A stretch of 64,000 bases of DNA, taken from Andalucia godoyi And28. Taxonomy: Eukaryota > Protista > Jakobida. A program made the position numbers and the translations under genes. This document shows, piece by piece, positions 30,430 through 41,783 of the stretch. How positions within the stretch are numbered: position 1 is the stretch's first letter; every line of letters starts with the position of its first letter. The DNA is taken from NCBI GenBank assembly GCA_009859145.1, contig VRVR01000005.1:339448-403447 (forward strand), given 5' to 3'. The notes below the pieces were generated by a model that did no database searches, was not told where the DNA came from, and worked only from the letters and a program-made list of their open reading frames with translations.

Positions 30430-33111
30430 CTAAACGGAAGTTGAAGAGGGATTTGGCTTGGGTGGAGGCGGATGCGCAGCATTGGAATGCGTCAGGTTTT
30501 CAAACACCTCCTCGAGAGACGTCTTGGAGATACCCCAGTCACTGATGCCGAGGCTGGAAGTCACCGCATCAAATTTGCGGAATACATCGGCGAGACGGAT
30601 GGCTCCGTAGGGAATGGAGAAGTGCGATGTCCCGTTCAGGGAATCAACCAACCTTGCGCCTGCAAAGGAGCTGAGGACGAACTGGCGCAGACGCGGTTCG
30701 TTAACCGAAGCATTCGAGACAGTGGTGGCCAATCGGTACCCTTCGCCATACGTTGTTTTCAAGTGTTCCGCATGACCAATTGCAACAAGCTTGCCGTGGT
30801 TCATGATGGCGATACGATCTGAAAGTGCATCGGCCTCTTCCATGGAATGGGTCGTTAAAACCAGGGCTCGACCGGGTTTGGCTGCCTGAATCACGTCCCA
30901 CAATTCTCGACGCGAGTGCGGATCCAGCCCGGTAGTCGGTTCATCCAGAAACACAATCTTTGGATCTCCAATGAGCGACATTGCAACCGACAAGCGACGC
31001 CGCATTCCTCCCGAGTAACCACTGGTGTGGACATTCGCAAAGTCGGAAAGATTGACCTTTTTGAGCAAATCGTCCACTCCTTCAAACAGTTTCTTGCCCT
31101 TCAGTCCCTTGAGACGTCCGTAAAAGATCAGGTGTTCTCGTCCCGTCTGGTTCGGCCACAAAATGTCAAACTGCGGGCAGACTCCCATGAACGAATAGAT
31201 GGTTTCCATCTCTGTTGCTACATCGTATCCACCGAGGTAGGCTTCTCCAGAGGTGATCGTATGGAGACCGCAAAGCATGGAAATCAAGGTAGTCTTTCCA
31301 GCTCCGTTGTGTCCAAGCATGCCTAGCAAGCTGTTCTCAGGGATCGCAAGCGAAACATTATCAACCGCAGTAATGTCGCGGACGTCCGTCACAAAGCGCT
31401 TCACGATGTTGTGCACAACAATTCCACGGAATTCTTCGTTGACATTGGAAGTCGAGGAGCGTGTCCCTCCACTGCCAGTGCTAGAAACCGACTTTCTTGG
31501 GGACTGCATCTCAACCTCCCCAGCACCACCCGCGGCCGTTCGATTGGAATCAGCAGCCGCAGAAGTGCCTACTACCCCGGCAGCCTTCATCTGCGAAATG
31601 ATGCGATCCACTCTGCGACGCTCCTGAAGAACATCTGCCGATGCAGCTTCCTTTTCACCCTTTGTGACTGCAGCTGCCGACTCCTTTTCAAGTTTCAGCG
31701 CACGGGCACGGGAGCCAATGTTGAGACGGATTGCAATGGACGGCCAGAATTCAATCAAGAAAAACAATACGTACATGACGACTGCCTCTCCGATGAGCAT
31801 GCCATACACATCATACAACAAGTTTCCGTCCGAGTTTGCGTTCGAAAACGTCAAACCAGGCAGCGGATTCGAGGAAGCCAGAGAGAGGTACAGCAGCCCA
31901 CGGTTCACTGCAAACGTCGGGATGATGGACGGAAGTGTGAGGGACGCCGTCGAGGTTCCTGGCTCATCCATCAACTGCGAGTTCGTCACTTCGGCAGCGA
32001 TGCCGGCAATAATAATGTAGAAATACAAGGTGATGGTGGACGATTGCGTCGTCTTGAACATGGTAGTCGCAAGCAGGGACATTGCAATAACCGTGAAGCC
32101 CCATATGATGAACAGGATGATGTACAGCCCGATTTCATTCATGGTGAAGAACCGCAGCTGGAAAACATTTCCGAACACGACTAACACAATCATCGAGCAG
32201 AGGTAGAGAGCCCAATCAAACGCATACTGCACCCACCAATAAACCGACTCACGAAGACCCATCATGCGCATCATGTTTTTCAGCTTGTACTGCTTCTCAA
32301 AAACGACTGCATCTACAAACACGGGCATCAGAAGATGCAAAATCCACGTAATGTAGATCGTCTGCATGAACACCGCAAAGTCAAAATACGTCTCAAAGGA
32401 CTTTGACGGCAATCGTTGATACTGGACTACATATTGTGCAGTTCGTGAAAGTCGGGCTGCAGAGACCTGCACAAACGACCGCATAGCGGAGAACAGCGGT
32501 CCCGGAAGGTCCTGGAACTCACTGCCGTCTTCTCTGTCGTCTTCCTGCAGCGACGCATTGTAGTAGATGGTCATGCGCAGACTCGACGAAGCGTTCAGCC
32601 CTTCCAAAATGAAGGCAGAAGGAACATTGGTTCCTTCTCCGTACTGCGAATACAGGAACTGGTCAATCGCGGTCTTGTCTGCAAATTGCTGAAACGGAGG
32701 GTAGTTTGGAGCCTGCTGCCCACCAAATCCAAGAAAGACGTTGTTTGAAGTGTACAGGTCCAAAAACGACGAAAGGGACGTCGCGTTGGATCCAGACACG
32801 AAGGTATACGGAAACGTTTGTCCGCTCCCACCCTTTCTCGGCTGCATGTTAATCACACCTGGCAACGGCGAAGGAGAAGGGCGGTCAGCAGTTGAAGTTT
32901 GTGAAAGAGATTTTGACAGAAGAGAAACCAGTGCCAGAATCAGCAACAGGAACATTGGGAAACAGACTTGGCAGCAGTTGGTCTTTTTCTGACGACGCTG
33001 CAAAATCCCTTGCTTTCGAAACAGCGCATTAAACTGGGAAGCTGTTGAGGTCCTTGCACCTTTCAGTCTAGTCTGTTCTTGCTGCATAGTTTGAGGAGAA
33101 ACTTTGTTCAT
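30430..33111 (-). CDS. ABC transporter subfamily A, half-size (TMD-NBD)
   Basis: EKQYKLKNMMRMMGL, GHNGAGKTT, YSGGMRRRLSVA, FLDEPTTGLDP, TTHSMEEADAL, KTSLEEVF. Confidence 0.95.
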   Translation of the reverse strand: MNKVSPQTMQQEQTRLKGARTSTASQFNALFRKQGILQRRQKKTNCCQVCFPMFLLLILALVSLLSKSLSQTSTADRPSPSPLPGVINMQPRKGGSGQTFPYTFVSGSNATSLSSFLDLYTSNNVFLGFGGQQAPNYPPFQQFADKTAIDQFLYSQYGEGTNVPSAFILEGLNASSSLRMTIYYNASLQEDDREDGSEFQDLPGPLFSAMRSFVQVSAARLSRTAQYVVQYQRLPSKSFETYFDFAVFMQTIYITWILHLLMPVFVDAVVFEKQYKLKNMMRMMGLRESVYWWVQYAFDWALYLCSMIVLVVFGNVFQLRFFTMNEIGLYIILFIIWGFTVIAMSLLATTMFKTTQSSTITLYFYIIIAGIAAEVTNSQLMDEPGTSTASLTLPSIIPTFAVNRGLLYLSLASSNPLPGLTFSNANSDGNLLYDVYGMLIGEAVVMYVLFFLIEFWPSIAIRLNIGSRARALKLEKESAAAVTKGEKEAASADVLQERRRVDRIISQMKAAGVVGTSAAADSNRTAAGGAGEVEMQSPRKSVSSTGSGGTRSSTSNVNEEFRGIVVHNIVKRFVTDVRDITAVDNVSLAIPENSLLGMLGHNGAGKTTLISMLCGLHTITSGEAYLGGYDVATEMETIYSFMGVCPQFDILWPNQTGREHLIFYGRLKGLKGKKLFEGVDDLLKKVNLSDFANVHTSGYSGGMRRRLSVAMSLIGDPKIVFLDEPTTGLDPHSRRELWDVIQAAKPGRALVLTTHSMEEADALSDRIAIMNHGKLVAIGHAEHLKTTYGEGYRLATTVSNASVNEPRLRQFVLSSFAGARLVDSLNGTSHFSIPYGAIRLADVFRKFDAVTSSLGISDWGISKTSLEEVFENLTHSNAAHPPPPKPNPSSTSV

Positions 33112-33736
33112 CTACTGATCAGCCCCAAACAACAACACGAACCGGAAAAAAGAAACCCCAATAATTTTTGGCACTTCACACAATGACTCTTTTGAGACGA
33201 AAGAGGAGGAATAAATGGAACACGACAACGACAACAACACAACGAAGAAGAAGAAGAAGAAGAAGAAGAAGAAGAGCACAGAGCGAACAATGCAAGAAAA
33301 ACTTGATTTTCGTTTTGAGCTCATCATGCTGATCCTTTTTTGTGTTGGTACGCGCGCATGCGAGTTCCGAATGTCCTAGTGGAAATGCCGTGCTTGCCGC
33401 ACAAATAGCAGAATCTTCCGATTTTCCCGATCGGCAAAACAACGCGAATTCCCAAAGCCAGCAGATCGGTTCCGCCTCGGGCATTTCAACGTCCATCCCG
33501 ACATCCCTTTTTGGTCACATCGTGCCATTTTGCATCATGCGGCAAAAAAGAAAAGAAAAGGAAAAAAGAAAAAAGTCTCTCTGCCAACGCCCAAAGGACG
33601 AACTTGCCTCGGCAAACGCAAGTCGTTTGGTGCGCGAATCCAAAACTCCAAAGAAGCCACTGACGAAGATTGACACATAGCACGAGCCGTGAAGATTCGT
33701 TGCATTTTTCTGGTCTCTCTGAATGTTGGACGTCGG

Positions 33737-36700
33737 ATGTTTGGAGGTGGTGATGATGTTATTCGATATCATGGAATGTTTTTTTAAAAAAATAAAACTA
33801 CTCTGCTCTTTCCTTGTTAGTTTCTCAAAAAAAAAAGTCGCTCACGTTATCGGTAAAATGGGAGTCAAATTTTCACCTTTTTCTTCTATCTTTGATTTCC
33901 ATTCACATGCTGTCCTCTCTCCCCGTCTTTCGTTTCAGTGAAAAGACACGCAGGAGGGCGAACTGCCGTAAAACAAAATCGATACATATTTGATGCAAAC
34001 TCGGAATCTGGACTTTCTCTTCTCTTGAATCTGAGGGCTCAGCCGCTTCTCGCCGACGTTTCGGGATTCAGTTTTCTTAAAATTAAGCTACATGTATGCA
34101 TACGTACATATTGATTTGTTTGTGTCGTTTCCTTCTTGTTTGTTTATTTAGCCCGTGCCAAGCTTTTACGCTCTTTTTTAATTTTGGTTGGTGCTGTACT
34201 CGAGTATGCCGGGATGATTGAAAAAAAACCTTGGACGAGCGATGTTGCAGGGCTTTTCAAACAGTATGTCTCCCCTTTCCCCTCTCCCTCACACATATGC
34301 ACGGACGCATGAATGATGAGATGTTGCGTCTGCTTCATCATCATCATCATCATCATCATCATGGTTATCAATGCGCCTCCTCGTTTGAAACACCAACTAT
34401 TCTCATCTCATTCTGCATTTGCTGTTGTGTTTTTCTTGTTCTACAGAGTATTAAACAACAAAGGAAAGAGCCAAGGACGATCCATCACGTATGCTCTCGT
34501 GGAGTTGCAGGACCCTATCGATTGCCATGGCTTTCGTATGTCTTTCCCTTTTCCACCACGCACTTCCCGTTCTCTGCCCCCGCATCTTGATGCAATGCAG
34601 ATTCTTCAGTGTCGCGTTCTTGTGGGCTCTCCGCCAGTCAATGATCCATTTTCACATTGTTTCTTTTTCTAAACCGTCTTTTTTGTTTTGTTTTGTTTTG
34701 TTTTGTTTTGTTTTGTTTTCAAAATCTCGGCAAATGTAGTGTATGCAGACGACAAGTCTCTGGTTTATGCACAAGGACTGATGGTCAAAGTGGGCGATGC
34801 AATTTTGGGCGTCGTAGACGACTTGAATTTCAAGGATCGACCGCTGGCGCTGGAGATTGTATATAGTATTTTGGGGAAAATGGAGTTTCTTCCTGAGGCA
34901 TTGGCTACTTCTAAAGAAGGTGGCTGGAAATCAAAGCTTGGACTTTCGAAGGACCGTTCCAAAATTGCGAATGCGTACAAAATGCTTCTGTGGAATGCTC
35001 TTCATTATGCGCTGCAGAAAGCAAAGGACCCAGTGTCTCGCAATTGGGAACACGTTTCGTTGTTTACGGCTCAAGTGATGGGACTGGGTTACTATCGAAT
35101 CCCTGGAATTCAGGAAATGACCACGAGAATGGCGCTTTTCTTGCCCTGCACTGACGAGCAGAAACTTTTCTTCTTTGATGTGGAATATATTTTGCAGGAT
35201 GTCGCAAAGACGACTGCCCACGCGCGGCGATCTTCGATTGCTGCATGTTTGAAGTCTCTCGAGGGAGTTTCGCTGTCTGCGACTCCGCAACTAGCAGATA
35301 CCGCAGCCTCGTCGTCGTCGTCAGTTGCAGCGGAAGCGTCGTTCTCTTCGGATACAGATCGGTGGCGCAAGTCGGAAAGCAGTCTGGAAGCTGATTTTCG
35401 AGAAAGAGTGTTTCGATTTCGCTTGTTTGCAGAACAGCTGGATCAGCCTCGCAATTTGAATCAAATCATAGCAGATCTGTCAGGGTCGACGGAATGGATG
35501 AAGGACTATTGCAAGTCCAGAGAGTTCTTGTTTTCATTCTACGATGACTTGTCTGAACAGGCTATCTTGCTCATGGGCGGGAACCCAAAACTAGTGGTTT
35601 GGTCTGCCTTTCCGATCTATCGAAATCTTGTTTGTAACTTCTTCGCCCCTGCGATGCACAAGAGCCCTGCTCACTATTCTGAAGAATGGTCTGCCGAGTC
35701 CGCATATTTTCTTCGCAACCCAGACCTGGTGTTTCCGATGTTTTGGCTGGTAATGAAGAACACGAATCTTTTTGATCGTGTGGGGCTCCTTAGGACATTG
35801 GATCTTATTGATGGTTGGTTCCATTTTGTCGGAGACTGGAAGATGAAGGTCTCGTCGTCATTTCCGCTGCCTGCGTTCATATCCATTCTCGATGTCCTTC
35901 TTGAAATCTCCCACTATGAAATAGTGTTGCGAACATTGATTCTCATCTTCCATGCTCTGGACGCCTTCTGTGGGATTCTCCGAATCACGTTCTTCACAGA
36001 GTTCATTTTGAAGAAAAATTTTGTGCCGTTGTTTCTCCACTGGAATCGTGAAGTTTCCATGTGCTACCAGCGGATCTGTGTGTACAAACTTGTTCGAATT
36101 ACCAAAACATTCCCGAAGAAGAAGAACCTGAAGCGCCCAAATGATGTTTTTGATGCTCTTGAATCAGACCTGCCGACGCGGGCAGATAATCTGTTCAGTG
36201 CAAGGCCAGCTGAAGTGCAGACGTCGATGCCGGATCTGAACTCTGACATTCGTTCAGAGCCGTGGTCATCCACTTTCGATGTTGCTGTCCCTCGAACGTC
36301 ACAAGACGACACTTCTGTTACTGCACCCCAATTCCCGGCGTCCGGCACTGCTGTTTCTATGAAGGACGGCAAGAAAGATTTGAAGACAAAGATTCTGCGA
36401 ATCGCCAAACTGGCCAAACGCTCTGACCGCTCCAAGACTCACAACAATTCAGATCCGTCTGATCTGCCGGAAACCGTCGAAGAAGTGGATCCCTTGCTGT
36501 CCTCATCCGTTGTTAAGATTTTCGGTGAATCCAGCCGTCGATATTCGATCGATGTCGTGATGGCAAGAAAGTCTGGCTATGCTGTTGAAGTTCCTTCTGA
36601 ACCATCATTTTTGAAGGGCCCGGTGACATCAGCAGCCCAGAGCGGCACGCAACTTCGTGCCACCCCTTCCCGTTCTTTGCAGGCATCAAAGCACATATCT

Positions 36701-37441
36701 TATTTGACACCGGCTTCAGCGTCTCATTCGCAGTTGGATACGTTGGATTCGGGTGTTTTGGCAGGGTCTTCATCCGCATCTACTTCCAATTTGTTGAGTT
36801 CTCGAGACTTTCGCAAGCTGATCCTTAGCAATCTTCCTGTTTCGCATCGTGATGAAGTGCTGGAGGCTGTGGAGGAACTGGCAAGAGAAGAACGAGACTC
36901 CACCATTCCATCATCTTCGAAAAATGGCGCAATTCTCGGTCTGGAAGAGCGCTCCTCCGACACCATTTTAAAGTGCGTGTTCGAAACGTATGTGCACGCA
37001 GTGCGGGAGGTGGTTGCCGGGAAACATTCCCCCTTGATTCCTCTTCAATACGAGCCGTACTGCCTGCAGGCACTCCAAGATCTCGAGATTGTGTTCAAAG
37101 AGTATGACGCGTGGCTGCGATATATACTTGCTTCTGACGACGCTGACATTTACTATCCTCAGCTTTCCTTTCCGCGATTTGTATTGGACGAAAAAGAAGT
37201 CGATATTGCTTCTCGAAAATCGGCGCCAACACCCTCCTCCGGCTCCAAGTCATCTTCGTCATTGTCCGCCAAACCGGTTTCCGTCAACTCGTCTCCTCAG
37301 TCTGCAGCACATGGAGGCCCTGACAAGCCGATTCTGACATCTCCACATCCTTCTCCCAGAACTGCGTCTGCAGCTGCTGGTGGAGAGGTGGTCAGCCGAA
37401 TGAGGAGTGTAAGCGAGCCGCCAAGGCCTTCTCACACGTAG
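33737..37441 (+). CDS. DUF1765-like helical protein with a multi-exon 5' region; start and first exons uncertain
   Basis: The main exon 34740-37441 contains KNTNLF...LDLIDGWF...HYEIVLRTLILIF...LFLHWNREV...YKLVR (DUF1765-like). Frame-consistent upstream exons are 33821-33852, 33939-34093, ~34205-34263 and 34447-34535. ATG 33737 is tentative. Confidence 0.65.
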
Positions 37442-37472
37442 ATAGGACGCTTCATCATAATTGTTATTCTTC

Positions 37473-37525
<53 letters not shown>

Positions 37526-37965
37526 CAATTTTTTCTCTTTTCCATTAATAATGTACTACTACCCTCCAACCCAAACGTTGCCACATTTTTGTCACTCCCA
37601 CAACTGTCTTAGTCAACCTTCTGTTTTCTTCAAAGACACTCTCCATTCTGCAATAGCACCAATCCGATCAGCAATATTGCCCTGGGAGGTTGGCAGATCT
37701 GCGCAACAACAGCCAAAATTTTTCAGCTCCTCGCCTTTGGAGCTTGCGCTTACTACCGACCGTAGTGGAACATGCCCCCCTCTACCTCGTAGATCATCAC
37801 AGAGGGAGCGGGCTGGACGAGAGTCCAAAGTTCAGGTTCCTTTCTCCGCTTCCATTCCCGTAACCAAGACGCGTTCGTAAAAAGAAGCCACTTGTGTTCT
37901 TCTCATTCCGTATGCAGTCGCTTTATCTATATCAAATGTTGGAAAAAGGTGTCTTCATGTGCATG

Positions 37966-38038
37966 TCGACTATGGTCCAGGTGGTTAAGACGTCGCCCTT
38001 TCAAGGCGAACACCCGGGTTCGAGTCCCGGTAGTCGAG
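37966..38038 (+). tRNA. tRNA-Glu(UUC)
   Basis: Acceptor stem TCGACTA/TAGTCGA, anticodon arm TCGCC-CTTTCAA-GGCGA, T arm CCGGG-TTCGAGT-CCCGG. Confidence 0.97.
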
Positions 38039-38044
38039 GATTTC

Positions 38045-38052
38045 TTTTTTTT
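38045..38052 (+). terminator. Pol III terminator (T8) of tRNA-Glu
   Basis: Eight T residues starting 7 nt after the discriminator base. Confidence 0.8.
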
Positions 38053-38179
38053 CCCCCTCCTGCTTTTGTTTTCTGTTGGAACACATGGAGGGGTGAGATT
38101 GTCGTCATTGCGAGTTGCGACTCTGCCTTGTCGTGTGTGGCAACTTCAGTTCCGCACAGCGTCTGAGCATTACTGCAAG

Positions 38180-41100
38180 ATGGAGACGCTGAACGGTCTG
38201 TTTCTGCCAATAGACCAGTGGATCTCTCTGCTGCTGAACGATGATCAGAGCCAAACTCTTCTTTCATGGTCCTATGGAAGTGGTGTTTCAAAGCAGGTGT
38301 TGATGCAACGGAGGTCTCTCCTTGTCCGAGCGATTCTCGGTTTCCTTGCTTCGTTTCAAAAGTCAGAACACTGCGACGCAGGACGAATGATGATGATCGA
38401 TCCGTCCACTCCAGTTGCAGTCGTTCGATGCCCTGGCCGCGTCAACCTCCGGGGAATGCACATTGATTCACATGGAGGAGCATGCAACGCGATTGCAACA
38501 GATAGGGAAACAGTGCTTGTTTTCACTGTGGCTTCCTCTGCGAAACTCGACGCCGTGCATGTTCCTGCTGCGTTGAGACCGACCACCACCGTGATTCTTT
38601 CCAACGGTCGAGACGCCGATGTTTCGTGGTTTCATTGGTTATCTGCGCTTGGATCTTCACTTTCTGCAGACTTGGTAAAGCAGGTGGTGCAAAGCCCGTC
38701 GCACAGTGTGCCTCCTCACCATGTGTTGTGTGTGGACAAACAGGCATCCGGATCAGGATTACCCGATCAGGCATCCACGTTTCCTGCGTGGTGCAAATAC
38801 GTATTTGCTTCAATCAAAGTATTAGAAGACGCGGGATTCTTGTTTCCAGCGTGCGCGGACCAGCATTCTCCAATGTTAGTGGGACATTTGGAGTCTGATC
38901 TGCCAAGCGGCTGTGGGATTTCATCGTCGCATGCATTGCTGATGGTGTTGCTGCAGTCGCTGGTCGTAACATGCCGATGCGCGTTTGCCAACTCGGACAC
39001 AACACTGTTTGAAAACACGAGAAACAGGCAGGGATTGGATCGGATTGAGATTCTGGAGCTTGCAAGAGCGGCCGAGTTCAAGGCAGGAAAAGTCACCGGG
39101 CTTGGAGACCAGGGCGCAATGGAATTCTCCAAGGCCTCACAAGTTGTGCATGCCAACTTCTATCAGGACGATCTGGTCAGCATTGATCCAAGGCATGTGC
39201 CGCTTCCTACCGATGAAGTTTCCATCGTTGTTGTGAATTCGCTTACGGAACGGGATCTAAGTGGGGATGCAAAGGTTCGATATGCAATACCCAGGTTTGC
39301 GTACTCGATCGGTCTTGCGCTGGTGAAGCAAACCGCGCGGCGCATGTGGGGGGCTGCAGAACTGGACGGTGAGACATCGGGGCATGGTGGACACAAGGAA
39401 CAGAAGGACGACTGGGCATGGCTGGATCGCCTGTCGAGGATCAGCAGTGCCGATGGTCGAATGGCACGATATGGGGGATGGACTGGAGTTTATCAGCTGT
39501 TGCGCGCTCTTCCAGCAAGAACAACTGTGGACGAACTTCAGTCGCTGCATCCCGAGTTGCATGCGGATATCTCACGTGCGGCTTCTTCGTATCTGAACAA
39601 TATTGGATCCAACATGCTTGATGAAGTCGGTGGAATTGATGTTCGGGGCCCTTTGCTGTATGGTGTTTCGGAATGTGCTCGATCGGAAAGGTTTTTTGAG
39701 CTTCTTCACAGACATGCAGAGGCCTCTGCATCCGCATCATCCGATCATTCCAGCCACGTCACCAATTACTTGTTGGATGCATGCAGACTCATGTCCATTG
39801 GCCATCTCGGCGATTCTATCAAGAGCCCTGCGGTCAACGACGAAATGTTGGAGGGGCTCATTCAGCGGACATTGCTCATGGAAAAGAGCGATCGCTCTTG
39901 TGCGCTGGAACTGCAGCCTGGCAGTTTTGGAGCTTCCACGACGGCCCTGGATGCCATTCAAGAGCTTTTGATATCCAAAGGAGCTCTTGGAGCGTCGCTC
40001 ACGGGTGCTGGGTTGGGCGGCGTGGTGGTGGCCCTAGTTCCAAACGACCAAGCTGAGCGGGTTGTGGAGGATAGCGCTTCTTTTGTCCTTCGTTGCTTCG
40101 GCGCGTGCCATCCCGAAGCGAATTCCGACGACCGCCACGTTGTTGCATTCCGCGTCTTTCCGGTGAACGGCGCCGGATTTGTGCATCCACACATGGCTTC
40201 GCTCGCGATCGGGGCAGAAGCTGCACTTCGAGCAAGTTCGCTTCGTCTGCTTCCTGCTCGCCAGTCTCTTTACCCGCTGCGCTATTCCACGACGGAAGCA
40301 CTCGAAGCGATTCGTGCATCTCTGCAGACGTCGCCTTTCCCAAGTGCTCTGTTCTCCGCAGATCATAAGCGCTTTCATGTTGTGGTCACTGGCGGAGCCG
40401 GGTTTATTGGCGCTCACGTTTCGCTGTCTTTCGCAGCAGCAGGACATGATGTCACGGTCCTTGATGATTGCAACGATTACTATGATCCATTGTTAAAATT
40501 TGCAAACTTGTGGATGCTCACCCGGCATCCGAGCGTCCGTTTTCGGTGGTGCGACATTCGTTCCGTTGCTTCACTCGAATCTGCTTTGGCAAGCATCCGA
40601 TCGAATCTGCAAAATGTGGATCTTGTGGTTCATCTTGCTGCTCGTGCTGGTGTTCGGCCGTCTGTTCAGTTTCCGGAACTCTACAAATCGACAAACGTCA
40701 CTGGAACGCAGAATGTTTTTGACGCGTGTGTCGCGCGTGGATGTCGTGCATTTGTTTATGCATCGTCGTCATCGGTGTATGGAGCGAAGCAAGCAGGGCC
40801 GTTTCGCGAGGACATGACTCTTTCGACTCCCGAGTCTCCTTACGCAGCGACAAAGGCAGAGTGCGAAGTGATCTCGAATGCAAGAGCGTATGAGTGCGAA
40901 CAAGGTGCGTTCATTGGGCTTCGCTTCTTTACTGTGGATGGCCCTATGTTGTGCGGCGTCCCAGGACGCCCGGACATGGCAATTGCATCTTTCATTCGAT
41001 CGTTTGAGACCGGCGGTCGAGAAGCTGTCACAATGTACGGAGACGGAGAGTACCAGAGAGACTTTTCATTTGTGCAGGATATTGTTCAGGGAATCCTGCG

Positions 41101-41623
41101 TTCTGCGGATCGTGCCTATGTGAATCGTGACCGCAATTTCCACGAAGTCTTTAATCTCGGCGAGCAAGACACCACAACGGTGAAGGCGGTCATCTTGATG
41201 ATTGCACAAGAGATGGGGCTGCTCTCATCTTGCAATGTCGGGGCCCTCAAGGACCTGCCGATCTCCGTGCAGAACGAATTGCTAGCGGATTTGATACAGC
41301 GAGGATTGGTAAAGCGGGTACCGCCCCCTGCTGGTGATGTCCCGCTGACCCATGCATGTATCAACAAGGCAAAGACTGTTCTTGGTTATGCTCCTGCCGT
41401 GAAGATCCAAGAAAATGTTCAGCGAACGGTGATGTCACGTCAGAACGGCGTTTGGTTTTCTGTTGAAACCCGAAAGTCTTTGGAGGCAGTTTTCGACAAG
41501 ATGCATGGGAAGCCGCTTGACGCCGATCGAGCACTGTTGGCGAAGTCTTGTCTTCGACGCATGTGTGTGCTGGAACCGGAAGTTGGTTTGTGGCAAGCGG
41601 CAGTGTCCCTGCTCAGCCAATAA
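38180..41623 (+). CDS. Fusion protein: GHMP sugar kinase (galactokinase/galacturonokinase-like) plus NAD-dependent UDP-glucuronate 4-epimerase-like SDR
   Basis: Kinase motifs: PGRVNLRGMHID, LPSGCGISSS, GLGDQ, GASLTGAGLGG. SDR motifs: TGGAGFIG, HLAARAGVRPS, YASSSSVYG, YAATK, GLRFFTV..GRPDMA. One uninterrupted frame; ATG at 38180 (the track start runs through the tRNA). Confidence 0.9.
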   Translation: METLNGLFLPIDQWISLLLNDDQSQTLLSWSYGSGVSKQVLMQRRSLLVRAILGFLASFQKSEHCDAGRMMMIDPSTPVAVVRCPGRVNLRGMHIDSHGGACNAIATDRETVLVFTVASSAKLDAVHVPAALRPTTTVILSNGRDADVSWFHWLSALGSSLSADLVKQVVQSPSHSVPPHHVLCVDKQASGSGLPDQASTFPAWCKYVFASIKVLEDAGFLFPACADQHSPMLVGHLESDLPSGCGISSSHALLMVLLQSLVVTCRCAFANSDTTLFENTRNRQGLDRIEILELARAAEFKAGKVTGLGDQGAMEFSKASQVVHANFYQDDLVSIDPRHVPLPTDEVSIVVVNSLTERDLSGDAKVRYAIPRFAYSIGLALVKQTARRMWGAAELDGETSGHGGHKEQKDDWAWLDRLSRISSADGRMARYGGWTGVYQLLRALPARTTVDELQSLHPELHADISRAASSYLNNIGSNMLDEVGGIDVRGPLLYGVSECARSERFFELLHRHAEASASASSDHSSHVTNYLLDACRLMSIGHLGDSIKSPAVNDEMLEGLIQRTLLMEKSDRSCALELQPGSFGASTTALDAIQELLISKGALGASLTGAGLGGVVVALVPNDQAERVVEDSASFVLRCFGACHPEANSDDRHVVAFRVFPVNGAGFVHPHMASLAIGAEAALRASSLRLLPARQSLYPLRYSTTEALEAIRASLQTSPFPSALFSADHKRFHVVVTGGAGFIGAHVSLSFAAAGHDVTVLDDCNDYYDPLLKFANLWMLTRHPSVRFRWCDIRSVASLESALASIRSNLQNVDLVVHLAARAGVRPSVQFPELYKSTNVTGTQNVFDACVARGCRAFVYASSSSVYGAKQAGPFREDMTLSTPESPYAATKAECEVISNARAYECEQGAFIGLRFFTVDGPMLCGVPGRPDMAIASFIRSFETGGREAVTMYGDGEYQRDFSFVQDIVQGILRSADRAYVNRDRNFHEVFNLGEQDTTTVKAVILMIAQEMGLLSSCNVGALKDLPISVQNELLADLIQRGLVKRVPPPAGDVPLTHACINKAKTVLGYAPAVKIQENVQRTVMSRQNGVWFSVETRKSLEAVFDKMHGKPLDADRALLAKSCLRRMCVLEPEVGLWQAAVSLLSQ

Positions 41624-41783
41624 ATAATGGCTTCAAACAACGATGTCAAAAAAAAGAAGTCAATCACGATCTTTAAAAAATTGAAGATAAAATAATAATA
41701 ATAAAATACAAAAACAGGAGATTGTTTCGCAAAATCAAACACACATCCTCCTTTTCATCCCCGGAAACCCCGCGTCTCGCCAA

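Noticed and set aside
37892-38179. 96-codon N-terminal extension of the kinase-epimerase ORF given in the track
   Set aside because: It reads through the tRNA-Glu gene and its T8 terminator; the ATG at 38180 is the plausible start.
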